Assembly (NCBI GenBank): GCA_029858305.1
Contig: JAOUFI010000010.1
Location: 1-53,155 of the forward strand
Direction of reading: 5' to 3'
DNA length: 53,155 nucleotides
Source of the DNA: Candidatus Thorarchaeota archaeon
GTDB taxonomy: Archaea; Asgardarchaeota; Thorarchaeia; Thorarchaeales; Thorarchaeaceae
The translations under genes and the position numbers were made by a program. Below the pieces are notes generated by a model. The model was not told the origin of the DNA. It did not search any database and saw only the letters and a program-made list of their open reading frames with translations. The first letter of the stretch is position 1. Every line of letters starts with the position of its first letter. Shown here piece after piece: positions 8,283-18,020 of the stretch.

Positions 8283-9254
8283 ATGACTCTCAGGGATGTT
8301 GTATACAAGGACTCAGTCAAGTTCATCCTCTCAGGAGGAAAAGGAGGTGTAGGTAAAACTAGTTGTGCGGGTGCAATAGCTGTTCTATCTGCGCGATATG
8401 GATTTCGTACCTTAGTTCTATCGACGGATCCAGCACATAGCCTTAGCGACAGTTTTGACCAAGATCTTTCGGGTGGAGAGGTTATTCCCATTAAGGGATT
8501 TGATAATCTCTGGGGGATGGAGATAAACACGGAAAAGGGAATGCAGCAGTTCCAAGATATTATTGGTGATGGTGCAGCAGGTCCTGAGGCACAAATGGCA
8601 GCGAACCTGATGGGAGATATGACAGGTATGTCACCTCCGGGTTCTGACGAAGCAATGGCGTTTGGTAAGATTCTCGAGTTCATCGAGGACTCTTCCTACG
8701 ACCGTGTTATATTCGATACCGCACCTACAGGGCATACGTTGAAGTTACTGGAGCTGCCAGACCTTCTTGATAGCTGGTTGGGTAAGATGTTAACTCTTCG
8801 TCAGCGATTAAGCTCAATGATGGGAGGGCTAAGAAGTATGTTTGGCGGGGGAAACCAGGATGAGGACAACTCTTGGGAGATGATTCAACAGACAAAGGAT
8901 AAAATTCGAGCGGCTCGTATCGAACTCTCGGATCCAGACACTACACAGTTTATTGTTGTCATGATTCCTGAGGCAATGGCTGTTTTTGAGACACAACGAC
9001 TCCTGGCTAATCTAGATACATGGCATATCCCTGCGACAAATATGGTCGTGAACCAACTAATCCCTCCAAATCCCTCTTGTATGTTCTGTACAAAAAGGTA
9101 TGAAATGCAACAGACAAACCTCAAAGACATTAGAGACCTATTCTCCGACATAGATATCACTGAAGTACCCTTATTTGATGGCGAGATAAGAGGACTCGAA
9201 GAACTTTCAAGACTCGGCATGATACTTATTGGTGACTCGGAGGATGAAACATGA
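8283..9254 (+). CDS. ArsA/Get3 (TRC40) family ATPase
   Basis: GGKGGVGKT, STDPAHSL.D, PGSDEA, DTAPTGHT, Met-rich inserts, C-terminal CMFC zinc-dimer motif; single domain. Confidence 0.93.
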   Translation: MTLRDVVYKDSVKFILSGGKGGVGKTSCAGAIAVLSARYGFRTLVLSTDPAHSLSDSFDQDLSGGEVIPIKGFDNLWGMEINTEKGMQQFQDIIGDGAAGPEAQMAANLMGDMTGMSPPGSDEAMAFGKILEFIEDSSYDRVIFDTAPTGHTLKLLELPDLLDSWLGKMLTLRQRLSSMMGGLRSMFGGGNQDEDNSWEMIQQTKDKIRAARIELSDPDTTQFIVVMIPEAMAVFETQRLLANLDTWHIPATNMVVNQLIPPNPSCMFCTKRYEMQQTNLKDIRDLFSDIDITEVPLFDGEIRGLEELSRLGMILIGDSEDET

Positions 9255-9352
9255 GACGTGAAACGCGAAGGAAAATCTATTCACTTATTTTTCTAATATT
9301 GCTTATAGCATCTGCAGTGGTTACTACAATGCTAATCCTAGGATTAGTATAG
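9251..9352 (+). CDS. 33-aa tail-anchor-like membrane microprotein
   Basis: Own translation: MRRETRRKIYSLIFLILLIASAVVTTMLILGLV*. ATGA overlap with the Get3 stop; GGAGG SD upstream. Confidence 0.62.
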   Translation: MRRETRRKIYSLIFLILLIASAVVTTMLILGLV

Positions 9353-9373
9353 TGACAATGAGAAATGAAACTG

Positions 9374-9517
9374 TCACGCGCCTTTTACTCGTTTAACTAC
9401 TGGAGGACGAAGCTTGTATAGGATTCTACCACCGCAGTATGGACATTTGACGCCTGGTAGTGTTTTAAGACCATCTGGGGTTACTTCTCGATGACAATTA
9501 TGACAAGTGTATACCAC
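9374..9517 (-). CDS. rpoP: DNA-directed RNA polymerase subunit P (Rpo12)
   Basis: MVYTCHNC...VKCPYCGGRILYKLRPPVVKRVK; GTG start at 9517. Confidence 0.93.
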   Translation of the reverse strand: MVYTCHNCHREVTPDGLKTLPGVKCPYCGGRILYKLRPPVVKRVKGA

Positions 9518-9575
9518 GGTGTGCCACCATCCTGACTCCCGTAGGCGTATCAATATGAAGCTTTGCCTAGAGCAA

Positions 9576-11177
9576 TTATGATCGCGACTCTGGTTCTGAA
9601 ACCACCTCTCCCTCAACAAGTCCACTACTAAGGACCTTGAGGATTCTCACATTCACCAGTATACCTGCTGAAAACCCACCCATAACAGTCATCAGAGGAC
9701 CTTCTTTCAGAGGATAGATCATTGTATAACCCGCTTGTGCCCAAGATGGCTCTGCAGCAATCCCTCGAACCACAAGCCCAACATAGTCATTCTTCTTCAT
9801 ACGATTGATTCGCTCAGCCTCTCTTCGAAGTTGAACACTAAACTCATCCCTCGTCGATGACTCGGAAAATTCTTCGAAGGCGGAACCAGGAAGGGGCCTA
9901 AAACCATAAAGAATAATTCGTTCAGCTCCTGCTTCACTGATTTCACGCATTGCCTTAATCGACTCTTTTGTACTCTCTGCATCTTCTCCGGGTAATCCAT
10001 AGATGAAATATACAAAAGGTTTCATACCATGACTTACGGCAATTTTCACAGCTGAAAGCACATCAGAAACACTTCCACATTTCCCAATTGCACGCAGATG
10101 CCGTTCTGAACCAGTTTCAAGACCAATGTTCGGAGAGCTTGACATCATCGATTCAGTCAACGTTTTAGCAACATCATTCGTGAAGAGACAGGCCTTCATA
10201 TTCTCAATTGCAATGTGTGCTGTCTTATCCATGACCTGAGGAAGACTGTTGAGTTGGTTCAAGAGATTTCTAATCGCATCAAGATTTGCACGGGGATAGC
10301 AGGGATCCGTGAGTGGTTCAGAGCCTCGCATATAATCAAGAAATCCAGGGGACTCCAAAACTATCCGGTGAACACCCAAATCGAGTAATTCCTTCACCTC
10401 ACGTACAATGACTTCTTGCAAACGGCTTCGAGGCGGCCCCCAAGTACTCGGAACACTGCAAAAACCACAGCCAGGAGGTATGTCCTCTGGACATTCCATT
10501 TTGATATCCGGACTCTCTGAGTCACAGTTGCCACAATCAGTGCAATGACGCCCATCTTTTAGAGGGAGGGTTGTCCTTCTGAAATTCGAGCACCCCCTAG
10601 TCACCTCCACATAGATTTTGCTTGCCTGATATGTAGGATAATCGATTATTCTGGTTATCGAGGGAAAATAATCGCGTGAGAGCATATCAGATGATATAAA
10701 CTCTCGATGCTGTGTGATATGGATCTGCTCATCCTCAAGATATGCAATACCCTTCACAGTAGAGAGCTCAAGAGGACTATCAAAGAATTGTCCAAGTACC
10801 AGTTCCTCAAGAGTCGCCTCTCCTTCTCCTATTACTAACAGGTCAACAGCCAGATCTTTTAATATTCTTGGTGCAGATGCAATTGGACCTCCAAGAATTA
10901 TCTTTCCTGAAACGCGTGTCTTACTCCGCCATTGTTTTACTAACATCTTGACGGCAGGATAATCCATGCTCATTGCACTTACTGCTAGATGATCAAACTG
11001 TTTTAGAATGCGAGGTCTTGAGAGAACCTCTTCAGCTCTGTGGATTCGACTATCCAAGTTATGTTTTTCGAATATGCCTGCAACAGTCCTTGGCCCACAA
11101 CCGATAGAATCTCGTGAACTGCGTCGCTGGCCACTACCTGCACTAAGTGCATCGATGATAAGAATCCGGCAGGACAT
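9576..11177 (-). CDS. B12-binding radical SAM protein with C-terminal TRAM-like domain
   Basis: ILGGP and GEGE B12-domain motifs; EVTRGCSNF...GCGFC SAM cluster motif; GLETGS; YFIYGLPGE. Confidence 0.88.
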   Translation of the reverse strand: MSCRILIIDALSAGSGQRRSSRDSIGCGPRTVAGIFEKHNLDSRIHRAEEVLSRPRILKQFDHLAVSAMSMDYPAVKMLVKQWRSKTRVSGKIILGGPIASAPRILKDLAVDLLVIGEGEATLEELVLGQFFDSPLELSTVKGIAYLEDEQIHITQHREFISSDMLSRDYFPSITRIIDYPTYQASKIYVEVTRGCSNFRRTTLPLKDGRHCTDCGNCDSESPDIKMECPEDIPPGCGFCSVPSTWGPPRSRLQEVIVREVKELLDLGVHRIVLESPGFLDYMRGSEPLTDPCYPRANLDAIRNLLNQLNSLPQVMDKTAHIAIENMKACLFTNDVAKTLTESMMSSSPNIGLETGSERHLRAIGKCGSVSDVLSAVKIAVSHGMKPFVYFIYGLPGEDAESTKESIKAMREISEAGAERIILYGFRPLPGSAFEEFSESSTRDEFSVQLRREAERINRMKKNDYVGLVVRGIAAEPSWAQAGYTMIYPLKEGPLMTVMGGFSAGILVNVRILKVLSSGLVEGEVVSEPESRS

Positions 11178-11304
11178 GTCAATGAATAAGGTACAAGGTC
11201 GTTCTTTACTCTTGCTCATCAGTAACGGCAGAACTTATATGCGGGAAATTGCAAACCCTCCGTAAGCAATTTGCTATAACCAAGTCTAAGGAGTACATAA
11301 CTTA

Positions 11305-11649
11305 GTGAGTAATGACGATGGCGGAATTTGCGCCAATTGTGGGTTGCCTTTGGACCTGTGCGTGTGTGAAACCATTGCACAGGAAGAGGCAAGGATTAGT
11401 GTGAGTATAGAACGAAGAAAATGGGGTCGTCTGACCACCATTGTTGAGGGTTTTGATAAGAATATTGACCTCGGCGACCTTGCAACAAAATTGAAAGGTA
11501 AGCTAGCCTGCGGAGGCGCGGCAAAGCATGGTCATATAGAACTCCAAGGGGATCATCGTGGTACAATTGGAGAGGTTCTTGCAAAACTAGGTTTCCCTGA
11601 AGATATGGTCCAGATTGACTGGTCATTTCAATCAACAGGACGAAGATAG
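11305..11649 (+). CDS. Translation initiation factor aIF1 (SUI1)
   Basis: CANCGLP.DLCVCE, T.VEG, LK.KLACGG and IELQGDHR motifs. Confidence 0.95.
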   Translation: MSNDDGGICANCGLPLDLCVCETIAQEEARISVSIERRKWGRLTTIVEGFDKNIDLGDLATKLKGKLACGGAAKHGHIELQGDHRGTIGEVLAKLGFPEDMVQIDWSFQSTGRR

Positions 11650-11709
11650 GTTATTTTCTCCTATAGAGAAACCCATAGTTCAGAATAGTACATTCCAGGG
11701 GAAGTTGGG

Positions 11710-12690
11710 TCAGAAGTCCATGGGCTCTAGACCTAGAGAGTCAATTCCAAGTTTTTTGACAATCTCTTTGTAGCGATTCCTAACAGTAACTTCTGTTACA
11801 CGAGCAACCTCGGCAATCTCACGTTGAGTTCGTCGTTCATCAAGCATTATTGAGGCCACATAGATTGCGGCAGCAGCTAGCCCAAGAGGGTCTCTACCAA
11901 TAGTGAGACCGATATCACGGCTCTGTTGCAGTATCTCAACAGTACGTAGTTGCACTGGACTTGATAGCTCAAGCTGGGAAGCAAAACGGGAGATGTAGTC
12001 GATCGGGTTGGAGAGTGGTATCTTGATGTCAAGACTTCGAAGAAGTAAGCGATAACATTGACCTAGTTTCTTGCGATCTATCCTTGAACCGTCAGCCACC
12101 TCGTCGAGAGGACGTGGTTTTAGGCGTATTCTGCATGCTGCATAGAGGGTAGCTGCGACCATGGCTTCAATCGAACGACCTCTCACAAGTTTCTTGATAA
12201 TTGACTTTCTATATAGAAGAGCTGCCAGCTCGCGGATTGGCTCAGGGATACCTAGCTGTGAAGAGAGTCGCTCCAACTCTGACATTGCTTGGGCGAGGTT
12301 ACGGTCTAGAGAGCTATGAACGCGACTTCGTATCTGCCATTTGCGGAGACGGTAAATCTCTGATCGTCTTGTGGGACTCAATTTCTTTCCAGAGGTGTCC
12401 CGGTCCCTCCAATCAATAATCGTTGAGAGACCTTTATCATGTACCGTATAGCGAAGAGGGGCACCAACTCGACTCCGCGAGTCACTCTCTTCAGAACTGA
12501 AAGCCCTCCATTCTGCACCTGTATCAATTCGATGGTCGGATAGTACAAGGCCACATCCGCCACATACACGCTCACCTCGAGTTGAGTCTTCAACAACAAG
12601 CGCAGATTTACACTCCGGGCACTTAACAACCTCAGTTGAAACTTCTAGTGCCTCTTCTTTGTGATCGTCAGTACTTCCTGTGCGGCCCAA
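11710..12690 (-). CDS. tfb: Transcription initiation factor IIB
   Basis: CPEC..CGGCG zinc ribbon, EWRAF, HDKGLST, two cyclin repeats ending VTEVTVRNRYKE. Confidence 0.97.
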   Translation of the reverse strand: MGRTGSTDDHKEEALEVSTEVVKCPECKSALVVEDSTRGERVCGGCGLVLSDHRIDTGAEWRAFSSEESDSRSRVGAPLRYTVHDKGLSTIIDWRDRDTSGKKLSPTRRSEIYRLRKWQIRSRVHSSLDRNLAQAMSELERLSSQLGIPEPIRELAALLYRKSIIKKLVRGRSIEAMVAATLYAACRIRLKPRPLDEVADGSRIDRKKLGQCYRLLLRSLDIKIPLSNPIDYISRFASQLELSSPVQLRTVEILQQSRDIGLTIGRDPLGLAAAAIYVASIMLDERRTQREIAEVARVTEVTVRNRYKEIVKKLGIDSLGLEPMDF

Positions 12691-12879
12691 TCGCTCTCCT
12701 CCAGTATGATGGGGTGGGATTAAGACCGCCAGTATTCACTGACAAGTCGAGGTATAGATGACAGTCTCCCAGGACCCACAATTGTAGAATTATGAACTAA
12801 ATACTTTTAATCCTTATGTGTTAGCCAATTTTTTGTTCGGCAGATGTGAAAGTACCAAAAATGTACCTCAGAAAGAAAT

Positions 12880-13821
12880 CTAAGTGGTCTTTTCGTGGCT
12901 TCTCTCAGTGATAATGACAGTGTGTTCATGTTGTGAAACGAACTCGCCCTTCTCTTCTGCAAGAATATGATGTGCAAAGAGCGCACCATTCTGCCGAAGC
13001 TCCTTGATAGCCATCTTCAGTGTTGCATGCTTCATTCGTTCTGCAAGCCAACGTTCTGCAAATGGAAATTCACGGTATTCCTTTCGTGCAATTCCTAAGA
13101 ACTGCTTTGAACCACTAAACCGTAGTGGCACTCGTATTGGAAGAAGCTGGTAGATAGTGGGATTTGGAAGATCGGTTATGTTTCCAGATCCCGTACTAGC
13201 AAAGGTTTCAATTGCGTATACTTCACCAGCCTCAACAAGAACTTCGGCTTTCCCACTAACACAAGGAATCTGCTTTTCACCATGTAGCTCGTATTCCTTT
13301 AATTGATGCCCGCTCAACTGCTTGATGGGCCTGAATCCCGCATTGGTGATTGTGTCTTCAATAAGGGCACCAATTGTATTGAGTTTGGCACCAGGACGCA
13401 TCATCTTGATGGCCACGTTTGTTGCATCCTCCGCAGCCTTCACAAGATTCTGATGATCTGGATTTAACGCAACAGTGAAAGCGGTATCTGCAATGCACCC
13501 ATCAACATGGGACCCACAGTCTACCGTGACAAGGTCACCTTCTTCGATTATAGTTTCATCATTGAGCGGTGAAGTATAGTGTGCAGCAATGTTATTCAGT
13601 GACACATTACACGGAAAGGATGTGCCTGATGAGTTCTCGCGGATGTAGTTCTCAACAGTATTGATGATTTCAAGTACCTTTACTCCAGGTTCAATCATTG
13701 GTCTCGCTAGAGCAAGGGCCTCACGAGCAACAACTCCGGCACGTCGCCAATTTGCCCAAACATCCTCGGTCTCTTCATCAGTTTCTTTCTTGATTTGTTT
13801 TTCAGCTGGCACAATAATCAC
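12880..13821 (-). CDS. map: Methionine aminopeptidase type II
   Basis: FPCNVS.N.IAAHYT, D.GSHVDG.IADTA, GH, AIETFA and SQHEHT motifs. Confidence 0.95.
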   Translation of the reverse strand: MIIVPAEKQIKKETDEETEDVWANWRRAGVVAREALALARPMIEPGVKVLEIINTVENYIRENSSGTSFPCNVSLNNIAAHYTSPLNDETIIEEGDLVTVDCGSHVDGCIADTAFTVALNPDHQNLVKAAEDATNVAIKMMRPGAKLNTIGALIEDTITNAGFRPIKQLSGHQLKEYELHGEKQIPCVSGKAEVLVEAGEVYAIETFASTGSGNITDLPNPTIYQLLPIRVPLRFSGSKQFLGIARKEYREFPFAERWLAERMKHATLKMAIKELRQNGALFAHHILAEEKGEFVSQHEHTVIITERSHEKTT

Positions 13822-13876
13822 CGACCTGACTGCTCGTCATTGAGAGGACTGATAAAAGTGACGATGAAGCAGAAAC

Positions 13877-14272
13877 CTATGACAATACTTGTTCTATCCG
13901 TCGTGCCGTTCTAGACATTGAGAAGAACATATACCCGATATTGGCGCGTTTATTGGTCAGTACAGCAAGGATCGCATCATTTCCAGCATCACAGATGATG
14001 ACATATCCATTCTCACCTTCAATAAGCATCCTCACCAAGGGACCACGCTTCAATTGCTTGAACACTTTTCGAGTGGCTTCTTGTATCTGTGTGGAACGAC
14101 CAGCTATAACATCCTCTTCAGGAATTCGCTTATCATCAGGACCCTCAGGGTAGAGTGAATAGATTGGAAGTCCTTGAGACTTTGAGATGATGGCACTAGC
14201 TTCCACATTACCTTGGGAGGCCCTACTCAAATCTAGAAGAAGTTCTTTCAGTAACTCGGTCTTTGAAGACAA
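13877..14272 (-). CDS. Roadblock/LC7 domain protein
   Basis: VEASAIISK.QGLPI.S...L.RMLIEGENGYVII...G.DAILAVLT...NIG pattern; TTG start after GGAGG. Confidence 0.85.
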   Translation of the reverse strand: MSSKTELLKELLLDLSRASQGNVEASAIISKSQGLPIYSLYPEGPDDKRIPEEDVIAGRSTQIQEATRKVFKQLKRGPLVRMLIEGENGYVIICDAGNDAILAVLTNKRANIGYMFFSMSRTARRIEQVLS

Positions 14273-14323
14273 GGTATTGCATACCTCCCAAAGCAAACTG
14301 AGAGAAAAAGGGGTGTCAAGTAT

Positions 14324-15097
14324 TTAAACTCTCTTGGCGCCTGCTCCTTTCAACGCTTTGACTATCAACTTAAGTCCTTCAGCCTTATCCTTCTGGACAT
14401 GCTTCTCGAGATATGTACCCTGTACAACTATTGATGCCCCAGCCTCAACTGCTCTAACAACGGATTCTGCATCATTAAAACCGCCTCCAGTGATTACAGG
14501 TATCTCAATGAATTTCGAAACCATGGCAATCATCTCAGATGGAACACCACCGCCTTCAGCACCACTGCCAGCTTCGAGATATACCAATTTCATCCCCAAG
14601 AGCTCAGCTGCCATGGCATACATAGCAGGAATCTTAGGCTTATCACGTAAGAAGGGTTTTGCATCACCAACCCATGCCGCAGTCTTTCCAGGGGCTACCA
14701 TAAGATAGGCCATAGGGATGGTTTCGATTCCAGTCATCTTGATTTTAGGTGCGGCAAGTGCCTGTGCACCAATAATCCAATAGGGGTTCATACTATTCAG
14801 AAGAGTCATGAAGAACATAGCATCAGCATGCTCGGATACTCCTGTGATGTTTCCAGGAAATAGAATGGTTGGGATATCAACAGCCTCAGTAATCTGGGCT
14901 ACAGCATCATCAATCACGCCAAAGACTGTGCTACCGCCTATCATCGCAGCATCAGTTCCAGCTTTCTCTGCAAGTGTAGCAATCTCTACAACGTTCTCAA
15001 TTGTAGTAGATAAGGGATCTGGGTCAAGGAGAGAGAAGTGACAGGCGCCTTCTGATTCAAGCTTTTCAGTGATATACTTCCAGACTTTTCCGACCAT
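14324..15097 (-). CDS. Geranylgeranylglyceryl phosphate synthase
   Basis: HFSLLDPD, MIGGS, PTILFPG, LLNS.NPYWI.GAQ, YLEAGSGA and GGG motifs; start MVGKVW after GGAGG. Confidence 0.95.
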   Translation of the reverse strand: MVGKVWKYITEKLESEGACHFSLLDPDPLSTTIENVVEIATLAEKAGTDAAMIGGSTVFGVIDDAVAQITEAVDIPTILFPGNITGVSEHADAMFFMTLLNSMNPYWIIGAQALAAPKIKMTGIETIPMAYLMVAPGKTAAWVGDAKPFLRDKPKIPAMYAMAAELLGMKLVYLEAGSGAEGGGVPSEMIAMVSKFIEIPVITGGGFNDAESVVRAVEAGASIVVQGTYLEKHVQKDKAEGLKLIVKALKGAGAKRV

Positions 15098-15473
15098 TGT
15101 ATAGCCTCCAAGTCGTAGGTGCTCCCAATTGTCGGGCTTTTTACGCTTTTGGTAATCCCATTCCATAAGGTCAAAATGATCTTGATGGGGAAAAATGCCC
15201 TTTTTCATGCATATATTGACACTGTATCAAAATAAGAATGAGAAATTTCTATTCCACTCTCTAAAAATGTGGTTATGCCACGCATTCCGGCAAGGGAAAA
15301 AATGAATAAATCCGTTAAGTCTTATACTCAACGTGTTCGATTTTGAACATCAGTTGCTTGGATTATACCGCATCTGAAATATTGTAAAGTGGTTCATGTC
15401 TGTTATTCTCAACCTTTATTACTAATGTTGGATGAAGCTTTACAATTGCGTTCTGCAGAAAGAGGATAGATAG

Positions 15474-18020
15474 ATGACCACAAGCCATCCAAAAGGAAGT
15501 AGTGCAGGACCTCCGGAAGTAGAAGTGGTTTCCTCAGAGCCTGAGCTTCGCATCGGCGTCTTTCCATGCAAATGTGGAAAAAACATAGGAGCTGTTGTAA
15601 ATATCGACGCCGTCGCAGAATATGCAAAGACCCTACCGGGCGTTGTTCACGTTCAAGTAAACACCTATACTTGTGCAGATCCAGGACAGAGAGAAATACA
15701 AGAAGCGATTGCCCAGCATGGACTAAACCGAATCGTAGTCGCATCTTGTAGTCCAACGATGCACGAGGACACTTTCAGGAAGACAGTGAAAGCCGCAGGG
15801 CTAAATCCATACCTTTGCATCATGACTAACATTCGAGAACATGTTTCATGGGTTCACCAACATGACCCAGCATCTGCAACAAAGAAGGCGATGGATCTCA
15901 TAGCAATGTCAGTAGCTAAGGCAGCCACCCTTGTAGCTCAACCGGAGCTTGATGTTCCAGTGACTCAAGCAGCTCTAGTAGTAGGAGCTGGTGTCGCAGG
16001 GATGCAGGCGGCTTTGGATCTTGCAGATGCAGGATTCAAGGCATACTTGATTGAACGGCAACCCACCATTGGGGGTATTATGGCTATACTGGACAAAGTC
16101 TTTCCTCAAAATGATTGTTCAATCTGCATTCTAGGACCAAAGATGGTCGACGTAGCAAAACATCCGAACATCACCTTGATAACAATGGCAGAGGTTGAAT
16201 CTATATCAGGCTATGTTGGTAATTTTGAGGTGCGTGTGAAGCAACGTCCTCGATATGTAAACATGGACAAGTGTACTTCATGCGGTGACTGTGTTGAGGT
16301 CTGTCCCGTTGATGTTCCCAGTAGAACAGACCAGAATCTCACTTGGCAGAAGGCCATTCAGATTCCATTCCCCCAAGCTGTACCATCCTCTTACTTCATA
16401 GATCCTGAGGCGTGCCTTGGAATGGACCTTATTAGATGTGGTAAATGCATTGATCGTTGCGAACAGGAGGCAATTAACGCATCAGACAGAACGAAATATG
16501 TAGACTTTGATGTGGGAGTCATTATTCTGGCTACAGGATTCAAACCTGCAGATCCCAGTAAGACTCCGCGTCTTGGGTGGGGTAGGTTCCCCAATGTTAT
16601 AACAACATTAGAGTTTGAACGTCTCATCAACGCTGCTGGACCCACTGAGGGTAAACTTGTACGCCCATCTGATCTCTTAAAACCCACATCAGTAGCAATT
16701 GCTCAATGTGTGGGTTCAAGGGATATTGGGACTCGGTCAGCCTGTTCGAACTACTGTTGTGCAGAGTCAGTTAAGTGCGCACTACTCATCAAGGAACATT
16801 ATCCTGACACTGATGTGACAATCTTCTACCAAGACCTAAGGATGCATGGTAAATATTTCGAAGATCAATATCTTAAGGCGAGAGAAGAGGGTGTGAAGTT
16901 CATTCGTGGTAGAGTTGGAGAGATTCAGCAATATCCAGATACAAAGAATCTACGAGTTAGTGTAGAAGACACGACACACAACAAACTGAGTATGGAAAAC
17001 TATGACATGGTCGTCCTTTCGATGGGAGCTGAGGGCGCTGCAGGGAACTTCCCACTCCCTATATCTTGCACAAGCGATTCCTTCTACATCGAATCGCATC
17101 CAAAATTGAAACCTGTTGATACAAGTTCAGCAGGCGTTTTCATCTGTGGTGGCGCAGAGAGTCCAAAGGATATTCGAGACTCGGTTATCCAGGCAAGTGC
17201 AGCTGCTGGCAGAGCAGCAATTATTCTGCAGAAGGGAAGATACCCTATTGAAGCATTGAGCGCGAAGATAATGCAAGATATCTGTAGTAGATGCGGCACA
17301 TGCGTAAGCCGTTGTCCCTATGGTGCTATCTCCCAAGATGGGACAGGTAAATTCACTGTAATGGGAGCGCTCTGCCAAGCATGTGGGACTTGCGCTGGAG
17401 ACTGCCCACAAGATGCAATCTACATGCCGAACTTTACTAGTGAGCAGATAGAAGCTCAGATTGAAACAGCACTTGTTGAAAATACAAGTGAAAAGATTGT
17501 TGCGTTCGCATGCGCATTTTGTTCATACAGAGGCTCTGATCTTGCTGGCGTGTCGCGAATGCAGTATCCAACAAATGCTAGAGTTATTCGAGCAATGTGC
17601 TCTGGAAGGTATTCTGTGAGGTTCGCTCAAAAAGCATTTGAACTTGGAGCTGGAGCGGTCCTCTATTCAGGGTGTCATTTGCCAGCAGACTGTCATTTTC
17701 AGACGGGCAATGTATGGATGGCAAAACGAGAATCTAGAATCAGGGGTTGGATGAAGAGAAACAACATTGAGGATGAACGCTTCAGAGTGGAGTGGGTGTC
17801 TGCTGGAGAAGGGAAAAAGTGGCAAAACATCATGACAGAGATGGCGCACGTGGTAACAACACCTAGAAAGAATAGCTCCACACCTAAAACACCAACCGTA
17901 GCCAAATCAGAAAAGCCTGTTAAACCAAAGACAAAAGCTAAACCAAAAGGGAAACAAGCAAGCAAGCCACACAGCCCTGGAAAGGGTACTAGTACGAAGA
18001 AGACTACGAGGAAGAAGTGA
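15474..18020 (+). CDS. hdrA: Heterodisulfide reductase subunit A fused to MvhD, with Lys-rich tail
   Basis: N-terminal C.CG.NI, GAGVAG FAD motif, DCSICIL, ferredoxin insert, QCVGSR, CSNYCC, HPKLKPV; C-terminal MvhD (AFAC..C, MCSGR, GCHL..DCHF..GN). Confidence 0.93.
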   Translation: MTTSHPKGSSAGPPEVEVVSSEPELRIGVFPCKCGKNIGAVVNIDAVAEYAKTLPGVVHVQVNTYTCADPGQREIQEAIAQHGLNRIVVASCSPTMHEDTFRKTVKAAGLNPYLCIMTNIREHVSWVHQHDPASATKKAMDLIAMSVAKAATLVAQPELDVPVTQAALVVGAGVAGMQAALDLADAGFKAYLIERQPTIGGIMAILDKVFPQNDCSICILGPKMVDVAKHPNITLITMAEVESISGYVGNFEVRVKQRPRYVNMDKCTSCGDCVEVCPVDVPSRTDQNLTWQKAIQIPFPQAVPSSYFIDPEACLGMDLIRCGKCIDRCEQEAINASDRTKYVDFDVGVIILATGFKPADPSKTPRLGWGRFPNVITTLEFERLINAAGPTEGKLVRPSDLLKPTSVAIAQCVGSRDIGTRSACSNYCCAESVKCALLIKEHYPDTDVTIFYQDLRMHGKYFEDQYLKAREEGVKFIRGRVGEIQQYPDTKNLRVSVEDTTHNKLSMENYDMVVLSMGAEGAAGNFPLPISCTSDSFYIESHPKLKPVDTSSAGVFICGGAESPKDIRDSVIQASAAAGRAAIILQKGRYPIEALSAKIMQDICSRCGTCVSRCPYGAISQDGTGKFTVMGALCQACGTCAGDCPQDAIYMPNFTSEQIEAQIETALVENTSEKIVAFACAFCSYRGSDLAGVSRMQYPTNARVIRAMCSGRYSVRFAQKAFELGAGAVLYSGCHLPADCHFQTGNVWMAKRESRIRGWMKRNNIEDERFRVEWVSAGEGKKWQNIMTEMAHVVTTPRKNSSTPKTPTVAKSEKPVKPKTKAKPKGKQASKPHSPGKGTSTKKTTRKK

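Noticed and set aside
8283-9254. Arsenite-efflux ArsA
   Set aside because: Single domain, no ars operon neighbours, and Get3-type Met-rich inserts and CxxC are present.
12706-12742. ATGATG...CTGA resembling a C/D box sRNA
   Set aside because: Only 37 nt, no D'/C' pair, and antisense to the tfb leader.
15216-15230. FNR/CRP box
   Set aside because: The spacer is 5 nt rather than 4 and the host is archaeal; kept only as a generic palindrome.
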